A DNA stretch of 63,520 nucleotides, filler included. It is 5 parts of 5 records of this genome, joined end to end, with 100 filler letters (N's around TTAATTAATTAA, not from the genome) between each part and the next. Parts side by side here need not be neighbours in the genome. Positions count along the whole stretch, not along the records: positions 36,318 to 48,341 come from SRR31156797_12739; 4 more parts are not named here. One strand, given 5' to 3'. Below are positions 36,971 to 48,441 of the stretch, piece by piece (the stretch's first letter is position 1; each line of letters opens with the position of its first letter). The position numbers and the translations under genes are program-made. The notes under the pieces were generated by a model. That model worked only from the letters and a program-made list of their open reading frames with translations, was not told the DNA's origin and did no database searches.

Positions 36971-39900
36971 AGTACCGTGATCTTATTCAGTTTGAATCCA
37001 TTGAATCCGTTGTTCAACTCACGGACGCGAATAAATCGGATAAAGCAAAACAACTTGTCAGCTCTTATGTGATCTCCGATGATATGGCTGATCGACTCAC
37101 AAGCCTTATGATTCCACAGCTCCAGTATGATACGCCGGCCGATAACAAGGGCGTTATGGTTGTCGGGAACTATGGCACGGGTAAGTCCCATATGATGTCG
37201 GTACTTTCCGGTCTTGCGGAAGATGACTCCCTTCTCTCTCTGGTGACTCATCCCGGTGTGGCTAAAGCAGCCAAACAGATTGCCGGCCGTTTCAAAGTGC
37301 TGCGCCTGGAAATCGGATCCACGGAAATGTCCCTGAGACGTATTTTCATTGATCGGCTGGAACCCTTTCTTGATCGACATGGGGTTAACTATGGCTTCCC
37401 CGATGCCCAGAGCGTGGTGAATAACAAGGGAGCCTTCGAGGATATGATGGCCGCTTTTCATCAAGTGTTCCCGGATCATGGGCTTCTGGTTGTTGTGGAC
37501 GAACTGCTTGATTATCTTCGGAGCAGGAAAGACCAGGCCCTGATCCTTGACCTTAACTTTTTACGGGAAGTCGGAGAGGTCTGCAAGGGGTTGAAGTTTC
37601 GTTTCATTGCAGGGGTTCAGGAGGCCATTTTTGACAGCTCCCGATTCGCCTTTGTGTCCGAAAGTGTTCGACGGGTCAAAGACCGGTTTGAACAGGTTTT
37701 AATCGCCAGAAACGATATCAAATATGTGGTGTCGGAACGGTTGCTGAAAAAGACCGTGGATCAACAGAAGGCCATTCGGGATTACCTGACACCCTTTGCA
37801 AAATTTTACGGGAACCTGAATCAGCGCATGGACGAGTTTGTTCGTCTTTTTCCGGTACATCCGGACTATATTGATACCTTTGAGCGGGTGACCGCCGTTG
37901 AAAAACGCCAAATCCTCAAGACCCTGACTGCGAGTATGGAAGAGATCCAGAATCAGGAGCTTCCGGAAAATTATCCCGGGGTCCTTGCCTATGACGGATA
38001 TTGGAAGACCCTGACGGAAAATACCTCTTTTAGGACCATCAAGGAGGTAAAGGAAGTTTTGGATTGCACCCAGGTGCTGGAGGCCCGCATTGAGCAGGCC
38101 TTTACACGGCCCATATACAAGTCCATGGCCATTCGGCTTATCCATGCACTTTCCGTCCATCGGCTGACCACAGGGGATATCTACAATCCCATGGGGGCCA
38201 CCGCAGAAGAACTGCGGGACTCTCTTTTGCTGTTTGAGCCCATGATTGAAGAAATGGGCGGGGATGAACCTGCAATCGACCTTAAGGGGCATGTGGAAAC
38301 CGTGCTCCGTGAAATTCACAAAACCGTGAGCGGGCAATTCATCTCATGTAATGAGGGCAATCAGCAATACCACCTGGACCTCAAAAAGAACGATGACTTT
38401 GATGCCCTGATCGAGAAACGGGCCGAAAGCATAGATGAGGGGGAAAAGGACCGGTATTATTTTGAGGCACTGCAAATCGCCATGGAACGTAAGGATACGC
38501 CCACTCATATTACCGGTTATCATATCTGGGAGCATGAGCTGGATTGGCTGGATAAAAACGTCACCCGGACCGGCTATCTTTTTTTCGGGACCCCCAATCA
38601 ACGATCCACAGCAGTCCCTTCCCGGGATTTTTATCTCTATTTTATTCAGCCCTTTGATCCGCCTAAGTTCAAAGATGAAAAATTGCCGGATGAACTCTAT
38701 ATCCGTTTGAAAAATACAGATGAAACCTTTCACCGCCTTTTGACACATTATGCAGCGGCCCTGGAACTTGAAAAAACATCTTCCGGCCATGCCAGGAAAA
38801 CCTATGCCTCCAAGGCGTCTGAATTTCATACCCAGTTGGTGTATTGGCTTCAAACCCATATTGCCCAATCCTTCCAGGTCACTTATCAGAGACGGTCCAA
38901 GCCCTTGACCGACTGGGCTGCAGGAAAATCCATCCGGAATCTTGTGGGCCTTCGGTCCGATGAAACCATCAATTTCCGGGATATGATCAACATCATTTCA
39001 AGTCTCTGTCTGGCCCCTGAATTTGAAAGCCGGGCCCAGGATTACCCTGATTTTTCCGTTAAAATCACCAATCGAAGCCGGCCCCAGGCCGCCATGGACG
39101 CTCTGCGTGGAATCGCCGGGCCCAAACGGACAAAACAGGCCACAGCGGTCCTGGATGCCTTGGAACTTCTGGATGGTGCAACCCTTCGGCCCCATGGCTC
39201 CAAATATGCCGGTATGATTTTAAAATTGTTGAAGGAAAAGGGACATGGCCAGGTGGTCAACCGGAGTGAACTTTTGAAAGACGATACCGGGGTCGAGTAT
39301 ATGAACCCTGAAGGGGCCCGCCTTGAGCCGGAGTGGGCCATGGTGCTCTTGGGAGCTCTTGTGGCCAACGGAGATCTTGTACTGGCCGTTCCCGGCAAAA
39401 AATTTGATGCCTCTTCCCTGCCCCAGCTGGCCGCCACCCCCATTGACGAGTTAAAATTGTTTAAACACCTTGAACCGCCCAAGGATTGGAACCTTCCCGG
39501 TTTAAAGGCGCTTTTTGAGCTTCTTGGAATCAATGCGGGACAGGTCCAGGCCCTGACCCAGGGAAGCGATGCCCCGGTCAGCGGGCTTCAGGATTCCATT
39601 GCAAAAAATATTGAGCGCCTTGTGATGTCGGCCCATACCCTTCGTAGCGGCATTCCCTTCTGGGGTGTGGATCTGGTTCAAGAGGCCGGGCTTGCCACGC
39701 TGTTGCCTGCCATGGAAACAGCCAAAATATTTTTAGAATCCCTTCAGGCATTTTCCACTCCTGGAAAATTGAAAAATTTCAAGCACGACCCATCGGACGT
39801 ATCTACTCATGAACCTGCCCTGGCAGGCCTTGATGACATTAAACACCTTAAATCCTTTGAGGCTTCGTTTACTTCCGTGATCGCATGGATCACCTCGGCG

Positions 39901-40701
39901 GAAGCCACCCTTCCCCAGGATCATGAATGGATTAAGACCGCCAAGGCAATTCGCATGGAGGTATTGGCCGGGGTTCAGGATAAGCCGGCAAAGGAGATCG
40001 TAAAGGTCGGTTCGGCCATCTCCGGCAAATTAAAGGCCCTCCAAAAAGCCTATCAAAAGGCCTATATCGCTTTGCACACCACCTGGCGCCTTGGGGCCAT
40101 GGAGGACAAAAAAAAGAAACAGCTCTTAAAAGATTCCCGGATATCCGACCTTCAGAGACTTACATCCATCCCTTTGATGCAGAAACAACAACTCATCGGG
40201 TTTCAAGAGCGCCTGACCCAATTCAACTCCTGTTTTGCCTTGACGGAAAAGGATCTGCAGAATAAGGCTGTCTGCCCTCACTGCAATTTTCGGCCTTCCA
40301 CTGAGCTGGTGGGAAAGACTCAACCCCAAAAGATAGAGGCCATGGACCAGGAGCTTGCACAGATGGCAACCTCCTGGAACCAGACCCTTCTGGATGCCCT
40401 GGAAGACCCCATCACCCAGGAAAACATCTCCTTACTGGATGCCGAAGACCAGGCCATGGTTCAAGGATACATAAAAAAACGGGAGTTGCCCGCTCCCCTT
40501 GACAATAATTTTGTCCATGCCGTAAAACAGGCCCTGGAAAATTTGGAAAAGGTTGAGCTCTCTTCCCATGAGTTGAAACAGGCCCTTCACCCCACCGGCA
40601 GCCCGGCCACAGTTCAAGAGTTGAAAAAACGGTTTGATACCTTTTTAAACGATCACATCAAGGGAAAAAATCCAGATAAAATTCGAATTGTGGTGGAGTG
40701 A
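36967..40701 (+). CDS. brxC: BREX type 3 BrxC/PglY-like ATPase (DUF6079)
   Basis: GNYGTGKSH Walker [11 protein letters not shown] Walker B, FPVHP and C-terminal CPHC. Confidence 0.85.
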   Translation: MKYRDLIQFESIESVVQLTDANKSDKAKQLVSSYVISDDMADRLTSLMIPQLQYDTPADNKGVMVVGNYGTGKSHMMSVLSGLAEDDSLLSLVTHPGVAKAAKQIAGRFKVLRLEIGSTEMSLRRIFIDRLEPFLDRHGVNYGFPDAQSVVNNKGAFEDMMAAFHQVFPDHGLLVVVDELLDYLRSRKDQALILDLNFLREVGEVCKGLKFRFIAGVQEAIFDSSRFAFVSESVRRVKDRFEQVLIARNDIKYVVSERLLKKTVDQQKAIRDYLTPFAKFYGNLNQRMDEFVRLFPVHPDYIDTFERVTAVEKRQILKTLTASMEEIQNQELPENYPGVLAYDGYWKTLTENTSFRTIKEVKEVLDCTQVLEARIEQAFTRPIYKSMAIRLIHALSVHRLTTGDIYNPMGATAEELRDSLLLFEPMIEEMGGDEPAIDLKGHVETVLREIHKTVSGQFISCNEGNQQYHLDLKKNDDFDALIEKRAESIDEGEKDRYYFEALQIAMERKDTPTHITGYHIWEHELDWLDKNVTRTGYLFFGTPNQRSTAVPSRDFYLYFIQPFDPPKFKDEKLPDELYIRLKNTDETFHRLLTHYAAALELEKTSSGHARKTYASKASEFHTQLVYWLQTHIAQSFQVTYQRRSKPLTDWAAGKSIRNLVGLRSDETINFRDMINIISSLCLAPEFESRAQDYPDFSVKITNRSRPQAAMDALRGIAGPKRTKQATAVLDALELLDGATLRPHGSKYAGMILKLLKEKGHGQVVNRSELLKDDTGVEYMNPEGARLEPEWAMVLLGALVANGDLVLAVPGKKFDASSLPQLAATPIDELKLFKHLEPPKDWNLPGLKALFELLGINAGQVQALTQGSDAPVSGLQDSIAKNIERLVMSAHTLRSGIPFWGVDLVQEAGLATLLPAMETAKIFLESLQAFSTPGKLKNFKHDPSDVSTHEPALAGLDDIKHLKSFEASFTSVIAWITSAEATLPQDHEWIKTAKAIRMEVLAGVQDKPAKEIVKVGSAISGKLKALQKAYQKAYIALHTTWRLGAMEDKKKKQLLKDSRISDLQRLTSIPLMQKQQLIGFQERLTQFNSCFALTEKDLQNKAVCPHCNFRPSTELVGKTQPQKIEAMDQELAQMATSWNQTLLDALEDPITQENISLLDAEDQAMVQGYIKKRELPAPLDNNFVHAVKQALENLEKVELSSHELKQALHPTGSPATVQELKKRFDTFLNDHIKGKNPDKIRIVVE

Positions 40702-42518
40702 TTATGACAAAAGACGAATTGATCCAGCGCCTCAAAGGCTACGAGTGGAATGATTTTGAATGTAAGAGAGCCCAAAAGGGCGTGCCAAAAGACGCCTATA
40801 CAACGGTATCCGCCTTTGCCAACACCCAAGGGGGATGGCTTGTTTTCGGTGTGGCGGAAAAGGCAAAGAGCTTTGAGGTGGTGGGCGTACAGGATGTGGA
40901 CCAGGTACAGAACGATTTTTTAAGTACCCTGAGAGGCCGGGAGAAATTCAACAGGGAGATCCATGTTGACGCCCATAAATACGATCTGGACGGAAAGATC
41001 GTGCTGGCCTTTTATATTCCCGAACTTCCCCGGCACGATAAACCGGTTTATCTGAAAGGCAATCCCAAAGAAAGCTATATTCGAAGGGGGGCAGGCGATG
41101 AACGCTGCACCCCAAGGGAGCTTGAAAGATTTCTGAGGGATGCGGCCCGGGAATGCTATGACGGGCAAATCGTTCCGGATATCCCCGTAGACGATTTCTT
41201 TGATGAAGAGACGGTCTCCTGGTTTCAAAACGAGCTGATCCGAAGGAATCCCGGGAAAAAAGAAACCGGAAATCTTCTGGATTTTCTGGTTCACTGGAAT
41301 TTTGTCCAAGAAAGAGACCAGCGCCTTTATCCCACCCGGGCGGGAATCCTGCTCTTTGGAAAATCCCGGTACATCAACCGGATACTGCCCCGGCCTATTC
41401 TGGAATACCGGCAGGTGGCCGCCCCCTTTGACGGTGAATTTTCCGATGAACGCTGGATGGACCGGGTCCTTTATGAGGAGAACCTTTTTGAAACATGGCG
41501 GGGGCTGGTGGTCCGTTACATGCGCATTGCAGAACGGCCCTTTGCCCTGGATGCGGCAACCTTAAGGCGGGTGGATAACCCGCCGGACTATATTGCCTTC
41601 AGGGAAGCCGCCATCAACCTGCTGGTGCATCAGGACTATGGGGATCATCGCCGGAAGGCCTGTATCCATTTTTTCACCGACTGCACTCGGTTCTGGAATC
41701 CCGGGGACGCCTTTTCAAATTTTGAAGAGCTGTTAAAAACCACGGAAAAAGAGGTCCGGAATCCTGCCGTCATCTCAGCTTTCCGCCGCATCGGCCTAAG
41801 CGACCAAGGCGGAACCGGAATCCACGCCATCTTTAAAAACTGGAACGATCTGGGCCGTGTTCCCCCGAAAATTGAGAACAATAAGGCCAATAAAGAATTT
41901 CTTCTCACCCTTGAAACCCGGCCCCTTGTCAGTGAAGAGATGCGCAGGTTTCAAAAAGAGCTTGGGGTGAGATTGACCAAAGAACAGGCCGACACCCTGG
42001 CCTTTGCCTTGATTAACCCTGTGGTCAATTTTACGGACATTCGCGCCTTAACCGGTTTGCCCTATCCCCGGGTAAAGGAAATCATTGCCTATCTGGTCCA
42101 TCAGCTGCTGCTTAAGGACACCGGCGATAATGGATTTTCCCTCACCGATCCCATCCGAACCCGGTATGAAAAGGCCGTGGATCAGGGGGATTCTGTGGGA
42201 CATCCGGAGGAAGACAGGGACCAAGTCGGGACCAAGTCGGGACTAAGTGGGGAGCAAGTAGGCACTAAGTCGGCACTAAGTCGGCACCAAGTGGAAATAC
42301 TCGCCGCCTGCAGGACAGACCAGGCCGTTCCGGACCTGCTTGCCCTGGTGGGCCGGACAAACCGGACCAAGTTCCGAACGGATCTGTTAATTCCCCTGAT
42401 TGAAGAAGGCCTGGTGGAAATGACCATCCCTGACAAACCAAAGAGCAGCAAACAGCGATACCGCACTACTGAAAAGGGCCAAGGGGTTTTAGCCGCCTTC
42501 CCCACGGGCAACCTATGA
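40698..42518 (+). CDS. AlbA_2/Schlafen-domain protein with HATPase_c_4-like and C-terminal HTH domains
   Basis: [44 protein letters not shown] and [14 protein letters not shown] motifs. Confidence 0.85.
   Translation: MIMTKDELIQRLKGYEWNDFECKRAQKGVPKDAYTTVSAFANTQGGWLVFGVAEKAKSFEVVGVQDVDQVQNDFLSTLRGREKFNREIHVDAHKYDLDGKIVLAFYIPELPRHDKPVYLKGNPKESYIRRGAGDERCTPRELERFLRDAARECYDGQIVPDIPVDDFFDEETVSWFQNELIRRNPGKKETGNLLDFLVHWNFVQERDQRLYPTRAGILLFGKSRYINRILPRPILEYRQVAAPFDGEFSDERWMDRVLYEENLFETWRGLVVRYMRIAERPFALDAATLRRVDNPPDYIAFREAAINLLVHQDYGDHRRKACIHFFTDCTRFWNPGDAFSNFEELLKTTEKEVRNPAVISAFRRIGLSDQGGTGIHAIFKNWNDLGRVPPKIENNKANKEFLLTLETRPLVSEEMRRFQKELGVRLTKEQADTLAFALINPVVNFTDIRALTGLPYPRVKEIIAYLVHQLLLKDTGDNGFSLTDPIRTRYEKAVDQGDSVGHPEEDRDQVGTKSGLSGEQVGTKSALSRHQVEILAACRTDQAVPDLLALVGRTNRTKFRTDLLIPLIEEGLVEMTIPDKPKSSKQRYRTTEKGQGVLAAFPTGNL
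42217..42293 (+). repeat. Seven tandem 11-bp intragenic repeats
   Basis: GGGACCAAGTC x2, GGGACTAAGTG, GGGAGCAAGTA, GGCACTAAGTC x2, GGCACCAAGTG. Confidence 0.92.
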
Positions 42519-42588
42519 TCAGGAAACACCCGATCCCAGAAAATCCGAAACCGACCTTCAATAAAGAACGATACAAAGGACCCCTTTG

Positions 42589-45456
42589 ATGGACAAACAA
42601 CTGGAATTAGATTTCAATATAAAAGAATCAAAACAGGATGGTCCTGTCACCTGCCTAAGGTTGGAGTTTCCCGATAACGAAGCCAGACGTGCCCATTTTA
42701 CTGAGCTTTTAAGGGAAAAATTAAAGGATCCCGGATTTCGTGAAATTGAAGGCTTTCCCAGTGGAGAAGACGAGGATATCCTGGCCCTTTCCGATCCCCC
42801 CTATTATACGGCCTGTCCCAACCCTTGGGTTGACGCGTTTATTGATGAGTGGGAGGCTGAAAAGCCTCAAAAACCCGAGGGGTATCATTACCATCGGGAA
42901 CCCTTTGCAGCCAATGTCAGTGAAGGGAAAAATGATCCCATCTATAATGCCCATTCCTATCACACCAAGGTGCCCCATAAGGCCATTATGCGTTATATCC
43001 TGCATTATACAGAGCCTGGAGACATCGTCTTTGACGGGTTTTGCGGAACAGGCATGACAGGTGTGGCGGCCCAGCTGTGCGGAGATCAGGCAACTGTGGA
43101 AGCCCTGGGATATCAGGTCAAAAAAGACGGCACCATTCTTCAGCAGGCGGTAAATGACTCCGGTAAAACCGTGTGGCAACCTTTTTCCAGGCTGGGTGCC
43201 AGAAAGGCAATTTTAAATGACCTGTCCCCCGCCGCCACTTTTATAGCATACAACTACAATACGCCTGTTGATGTACAGGAATTTGAAAGAGAGGCAAAAA
43301 GGATTCTTACCGAGGTGGAGGAAGAGTGCGGATGGATGTACGAAACCATTCATACGGATGGAGAAACTAAAGGAAAGATTAACTATACGGTCTGGTCTGA
43401 TGTGTTTGTCTGCCCGGAATGTGCCGGAGAAGTTGTTTTCTGGGAAGCTGCCGTTGATAAAAATGCCGGGAAAGTTTGTGATGTTTTTCCTTGTCGGCAT
43501 TGCCAGGCAGAGTTGACTAAACGGAAAATGGAGAGGGCGTGGACGACCAAATATGACTCTGCTCTGAACAATTCCATCAAGCAGGCGAAACAGGTGCCTG
43601 TTTTAATCAATTATTCTATTTCAGGCAAAAAACGTTTTGAAAAAATCCCCGACAAATTTGATTTAGATCTTATTAAAAAAATTGAGGAGACCGATATCCC
43701 TTATTGGTTTCCAGTAAAACGTTTAATAGACGGAAAAGAAACCCGCCGTAATGATCCAATTGGTTTGACCCATTCTCATCATTTTTTTACAATACGAAAT
43801 TTAATTGCTGTGTCTTGCTTAGTACATCGATCAAAATCACCTCTTTCCTTACTTGGGATTTTAGATGGATTCCCTGTAACAACAAAAATGTCAAGATTCC
43901 GTGTACCAGCTTGGGTTAATAAATCTACCGGTCCGATGAAAGGTTGGACGAGTGGTACTATGTATGTCCCATCACTTCAAGGTGAGCAAAGTTGGTTAAA
44001 TGTTTACAGAGAAAAATTATCTATGATTTTAAGATGCATAAAAAAAATGAGTGTAGATAGGGGAAATGTAATCTTAAAAAATACAGGTATGGAAGCTAAA
44101 GAAATTCTTCCGAATTCTATAGATTATATTTTTATTGACCCTCCTTTTGGCTCTAATTTGAATTATTCAGAGATTAGTTTTCTTTGGGAATCTTGGCTTT
44201 CGATATTGACTGACAATTCATCTGAAGCCATTGAGAATAGTTCACAAAAAAAGGGGGTTGCGGAATATCGAATTCTATTATTTCATTGTTTAAAGGAAGC
44301 TTACACTCTACTAAAACCAGGTGGGTGGGTAACAATTGAATTTTCTAACACTAAAGCTAAAATTTGGAATAGTATTCAGTCATCGCTAACGGAAGCAGGA
44401 TTTATTGTTGCCAATGTTTCTGCCCTTGATAAAAAGCAGGGCAGCTTTAAAGCTGTCACCACCCCAACAGCAGTAAAGCAAGACCTCGTTATCTCAGCCT
44501 ACAAACCCAACGGTGGTTTCAGAGAACGATTCGAATCCGAAGCCACGTCAGAAGAAGGGGTCTGGGATTTTGTCCGAACCCATCTGAAATATTTGCCTGT
44601 GATCAAAGAGACCGGGGCTTATTATAATGCGAAAAAAGCAGCAGTTGGTGAAGAGGCTGTTGCTGACATGAAGCCCAAGCTTCAAGCTGTGCCGGAACGG
44701 GATCCCAGAATTCTATATGATCAGGTGGTCTCCTACTACGTTCGTAATAATATCGATGTTCCCCTTTCCAGTCCTGAATTCCAGCAGGGACTTGAGACGT
44801 ATTTCATAGAACGGGACGGGATGTATTTTTTACCGGACCAAGCGTCAGCCTATGACAAGAAACGTATCCTCTGTGATCGTGCAGAAGAAGCATTGTCTTT
44901 GTTTGTCGAGGATGAGGCATCGGCCATTCAATGGCTGCGTACCGCTATTAATAAGAAACCTCAGACAACGGCTGAACTGAATACATCTTTCATGCAAAAT
45001 CTTGGGGGCTGGAAAAAAAATGAACTCCAGCTTGATCTGCGTGAGCTGCTTCATGGCAATTTCCTGTGTTACGACGGCAAAGGCAGGGTGCCTGAGCAGA
45101 TTCACGGGTATCTATCCTCCAACTATAAAGATATGAGAAATCTTGAAAAAAATGATCCCAAACTCATGGCCAAGGCCAAGGACCGCTGGTACGTGCCTGA
45201 CCCCAACAAGGCCGGGGACCTCGAAAAACTCCGGGAGCGTTCTCTTTTAAAGGAGTTTGAAGCCTATAAACAGGTAACTAAAAAACTGAAGGTCTTTCGG
45301 CTTGAGGCGGTAAGGGCTGGCTTTAAAAAGGCGTGGCAGAGAAAGGACTTTCAAACCATTATCAGCGTTGCAGATAAGATTCCCAAAAAAATTCTGGAAG
45401 AGGATCAAAAACTGTTGATGTGGTATGACCAGGCAAGAACAAGAATAGACGAATAG
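42589..45456 (+). CDS. BREX type 3 DNA amino-methyltransferase (PglXI-like)
   Basis: AHSYHTKVP, DGFCGTGMTG (motif I), IDPPF (motif IV) and CPEC/CRHC zinc motifs. Confidence 0.88.
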   Translation: MDKQLELDFNIKESKQDGPVTCLRLEFPDNEARRAHFTELLREKLKDPGFREIEGFPSGEDEDILALSDPPYYTACPNPWVDAFIDEWEAEKPQKPEGYHYHREPFAANVSEGKNDPIYNAHSYHTKVPHKAIMRYILHYTEPGDIVFDGFCGTGMTGVAAQLCGDQATVEALGYQVKKDGTILQQAVNDSGKTVWQPFSRLGARKAILNDLSPAATFIAYNYNTPVDVQEFEREAKRILTEVEEECGWMYETIHTDGETKGKINYTVWSDVFVCPECAGEVVFWEAAVDKNAGKVCDVFPCRHCQAELTKRKMERAWTTKYDSALNNSIKQAKQVPVLINYSISGKKRFEKIPDKFDLDLIKKIEETDIPYWFPVKRLIDGKETRRNDPIGLTHSHHFFTIRNLIAVSCLVHRSKSPLSLLGILDGFPVTTKMSRFRVPAWVNKSTGPMKGWTSGTMYVPSLQGEQSWLNVYREKLSMILRCIKKMSVDRGNVILKNTGMEAKEILPNSIDYIFIDPPFGSNLNYSEISFLWESWLSILTDNSSEAIENSSQKKGVAEYRILLFHCLKEAYTLLKPGGWVTIEFSNTKAKIWNSIQSSLTEAGFIVANVSALDKKQGSFKAVTTPTAVKQDLVISAYKPNGGFRERFESEATSEEGVWDFVRTHLKYLPVIKETGAYYNAKKAAVGEEAVADMKPKLQAVPERDPRILYDQVVSYYVRNNIDVPLSSPEFQQGLETYFIERDGMYFLPDQASAYDKKRILCDRAEEALSLFVEDEASAIQWLRTAINKKPQTTAELNTSFMQNLGGWKKNELQLDLRELLHGNFLCYDGKGRVPEQIHGYLSSNYKDMRNLEKNDPKLMAKAKDRWYVPDPNKAGDLEKLRERSLLKEFEAYKQVTKKLKVFRLEAVRAGFKKAWQRKDFQTIISVADKIPKKILEEDQKLLMWYDQARTRIDE

Positions 45457-45475
45457 ATTGATCCGGGAGAGGCCA

Positions 45476-47446
45476 ATGCCTGATTGGAGAACACAGATCA
45501 TAGAATCCTTTATCCCGGGCCTTCATCCACTGACCCTGGTTGACGATCCCGACGCCTTGTTTTCCGAAGAAATGCTGATCAGGGCTCTTGAGGAAAAAGG
45601 GTTTACCCTGATGGCTTATACAGACGCCGTCTCTTTTCGGTATCTGTTTGAACGGGACTATCGCCCGGCCTGGGATGACGGGGCCCCTGTTAATATTATT
45701 TTAATCGTCCAAGGGGATGCAATGGAAGGGCTGCCCTTTGATATTTTATCCAAAGGGGAACACTTCACTTTTGGCCTGGACCGGCTTTTTCCTTTTTTAA
45801 GCGCTTCGGTGTTGTCCCATGTGGACAGGGCAATTCTGGACAGCCTCTATGATGATGAGCTGTGTAACAAAAAGCAGCGCTTGGGTGAAAATGCCACCAA
45901 GGATTATATTCTTGAACATGGCTATCATATCTATACGGACATGATTTTAAATGAGGCCTCATTGCTGCACCTGTTGATTCGTTTCCATTATAGGGGCATG
46001 GCGCTTCCGTCCCTGTTGATTGAGCGGGTGGTTGAGTCTTTTAAACAAAAAGGTCGTTTTGGGGACTGGCCCCTGAAAGATATTTTTTCCCATTCCCGGA
46101 TTTTTTTTGAGTTTCTCCAGGAAAGATGGCCTTTGTTTCTTGCCCATGAACTTAAAGGTTCTGTCAAAAGGGAAACCATAGAGGAAACCATACTTTCCTA
46201 TTCCGGTTCACCTATTTTACCCTTTGGTCACGAAGATATCCGTGTCTACATGGACAATCTTTTCATGGAAGGGTATCTGAAACCGGTTTTATGTGGGGAG
46301 TCAAAGACAGCGGACAAATGGTATCGCTGTGGGATAGAATCCAGCGCCATGACAGATGATCTAAAGCGAAAAAGATTGATGGAACGGACCCTGGAAGCAA
46401 TCCCCAAGCAGGATTGCCGCTATTCGGAGTGGATCTCATTTGCCCGAAAATGGGCCCAATTGCTGGCCCTTGTCTACACCGGTCCTTATGGCACAGCTCT
46501 GCCCGGGTCACTTTTTGAAAAAATTGAAACAGCCTTTTGCCAATGGATGCAAAAACATTACAAGACATTGATCAATGAGCCTCCGAATACGCCGGCCATG
46601 CTCCATCATCTGCCACGCAAATTATCCAGAGCGCTTGAAGAAAAACAGGCCCAAAAAATTGCTTTAATTGTGCTGGACGGCCTCTCTTTTGATCAGTGGA
46701 TCACCATTCGTGGTGGTGTCATGCATCCGGAAGGGCGATATCGAATGGATGAGTCGGCCTGCTTTGCCTGGGTTCCCACCCTGACCAGTGTTTCCCGGCA
46801 GACGATCTTTTCCGGCAAGGTCCCCAGGGACTTTCCGTCCAGCATCAACACCACCAATAGAGAAGAAAAACTCTGGCACCAGTTTTGGGAAGCCCATGGG
46901 TTGAAAAGAATGCACATAGCCTATAAGCGTGGCCTTGGAGATGGGAACGTGGAAGATGTTCTGGATGAGATTTTGCACCCTCAAAACACCAAGGCTCTGG
47001 GGTTGGTTGTGGACAAGGTGGATAAAATAATGCATGGTGCCCAGCTTGGGGCCCCGGGGATGCACAACCAGATTGCCCAATGGGTCGGTACCGGATTTTT
47101 AGACGGGCTGTTTCAATACCTTCTTGAACTCGATTTTCAAATTTGGCTGACATCCGATCACGGTAATATTGAATGTCGCGGTATTGGGAAACCCAATGAA
47201 GGCGCCATGGCGGAAACAAGAGGCGAACGGGTCCGCATTTATGCCAGTGAGACCCTGCGGGATACAGTGGCAGAATCTTATCCCGGCTCCCGCTGCTGGA
47301 ATCCTGTGGGGCTCCCTGAAAATTATTATCCCCTGCTCTTTTCCAATAGGGACGCGTTTGCATCAAAAGGCAGTACCCTGGTGGGGCATGGTGGGATATC
47401 CATCCAGGAGGTCATTGTGCCCCTGGTTAAAATAGAAAGAAGATAA
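45476..47446 (+). CDS. pglZ: BREX PglZ alkaline-phosphatase-fold protein
   Basis: IVLDGL, PTLTSVSRQ, DKIMHG, TSDHG and HGG.S.QEVIVP motifs. Confidence 0.92.
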   Translation: MPDWRTQIIESFIPGLHPLTLVDDPDALFSEEMLIRALEEKGFTLMAYTDAVSFRYLFERDYRPAWDDGAPVNIILIVQGDAMEGLPFDILSKGEHFTFGLDRLFPFLSASVLSHVDRAILDSLYDDELCNKKQRLGENATKDYILEHGYHIYTDMILNEASLLHLLIRFHYRGMALPSLLIERVVESFKQKGRFGDWPLKDIFSHSRIFFEFLQERWPLFLAHELKGSVKRETIEETILSYSGSPILPFGHEDIRVYMDNLFMEGYLKPVLCGESKTADKWYRCGIESSAMTDDLKRKRLMERTLEAIPKQDCRYSEWISFARKWAQLLALVYTGPYGTALPGSLFEKIETAFCQWMQKHYKTLINEPPNTPAMLHHLPRKLSRALEEKQAQKIALIVLDGLSFDQWITIRGGVMHPEGRYRMDESACFAWVPTLTSVSRQTIFSGKVPRDFPSSINTTNREEKLWHQFWEAHGLKRMHIAYKRGLGDGNVEDVLDEILHPQNTKALGLVVDKVDKIMHGAQLGAPGMHNQIAQWVGTGFLDGLFQYLLELDFQIWLTSDHGNIECRGIGKPNEGAMAETRGERVRIYASETLRDTVAESYPGSRCWNPVGLPENYYPLLFSNRDAFASKGSTLVGHGGISIQEVIVPLVKIERR

Positions 47447-47451
47447 AAACA

Positions 47452-48204
47452 ATGGCCGTTCGTCACGATTCCATAGGGATTAAACAGGTCGTACGCCTGG
47501 AATGGTATGATTATACACTGGACCTGCTCCAACAGGGGCTTCCTGCAAAAAAAATTCGTGCTTCTCTTGATGAGTATATCAAAGATCGCCTTCAGTCTGG
47601 CGGTTATGGTGAGCGGGGAGGCCAGACCTATGTCAAGGCAATCACCCAGCTTATGAAAGCCTGGGTTGCTCCGGCCAAAGAACTGGTTCCCCTTCGGGAC
47701 GCCGCTCTTAAACTTTCCATGGACTCTGAAAGGGAACAATGGCCTATCCTGCACTGGGCTATGACATCAGCTGCATATCCTTTCTGGTATAAGGTAGCAG
47801 AGCAGGTCGGAAGGCTTTTAAAACTTCAGCCGGCAATCAATCAGGCCCAGATCCGCCAAAGATGCTATGAAATATTCGGGGAACGGTCCACTGTGGAAAG
47901 AAGCGCCAGAAGGGTGGTCCGAACCTTTGTCTCCTGGGGTGTCCTGGATGAAACACCCCCCAAAGGATGTTATAAATCGGGCTGTAAATTTGAGATCATA
48001 GATGTACGGTTTGCAACTCTGCTTCTGGAATCCGCCCTGCATACCTTGCCCGATGGCAAAGCCAGTCTGGATGCATTAATGCAAAATCCGGCCTTCTCTC
48101 CTTTTTCCTTGCCGGAAATGACGGGCAGTATGGCCCTGTCTGTTTCCCCACGCATTGATTTATGCCGGTATGGATTGGATGATGAACTTATGATGTTGAA
48201 ATAA
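47452..48204 (+). CDS. BrxA-like protein (last gene of type 3 BREX)
   Basis: 250 aa directly after pglZ; winged-helix-like; call rests mainly on position. Confidence 0.6.
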   Translation: MAVRHDSIGIKQVVRLEWYDYTLDLLQQGLPAKKIRASLDEYIKDRLQSGGYGERGGQTYVKAITQLMKAWVAPAKELVPLRDAALKLSMDSEREQWPILHWAMTSAAYPFWYKVAEQVGRLLKLQPAINQAQIRQRCYEIFGERSTVERSARRVVRTFVSWGVLDETPPKGCYKSGCKFEIIDVRFATLLLESALHTLPDGKASLDALMQNPAFSPFSLPEMTGSMALSVSPRIDLCRYGLDDELMMLK

Positions 48205-48302
48205 TAAAATGTTGGTGCTTTTAAAGATTACTCGAACCGACCCAAATAACATAACAATTTGGTTCAGGGAGGAGAACGCCAACAAGATATGAAGGAGTAT
48301 CC

Positions 48303-48341
48303 ATGTCAGATCCCGCCAAATTTCGTTTTTCCGTCGATCGC
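48303..48341 (+). CDS. Start of a hydantoinase/5-oxoprolinase-family gene (cut by contig end)
   Basis: RBS AAGGAG; MSDPAKFRFSVDR matches the family's F.IDRGGTFTD start. Confidence 0.5.
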
Positions 48342-48441
48342 NNNNNNNNNNNNNNNNNNNNNNNNNNNNNNNNNNNNNNNNNNNNTTAATTAATTAANNN
48401 NNNNNNNNNNNNNNNNNNNNNNNNNNNNNNNNNNNNNNNNN
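48342..48441. other. Artificial contig spacer
   Basis: N44-TTAATTAATTAA-N44. Confidence 0.97.

Noticed and set aside
42217-42293. Repeat array as a possible CRISPR
   Set aside because: The 11-bp units have no spacers, lie inside a CDS, and no cas genes are present. No CRISPR array was seen anywhere in the window.
40698-42518. Link between the Schlafen-like putative tRNase and the recoded tRNA-Leu of contig 1
   Set aside because: They are on different contigs with very different GC content; the adjacency is an artefact of concatenation.
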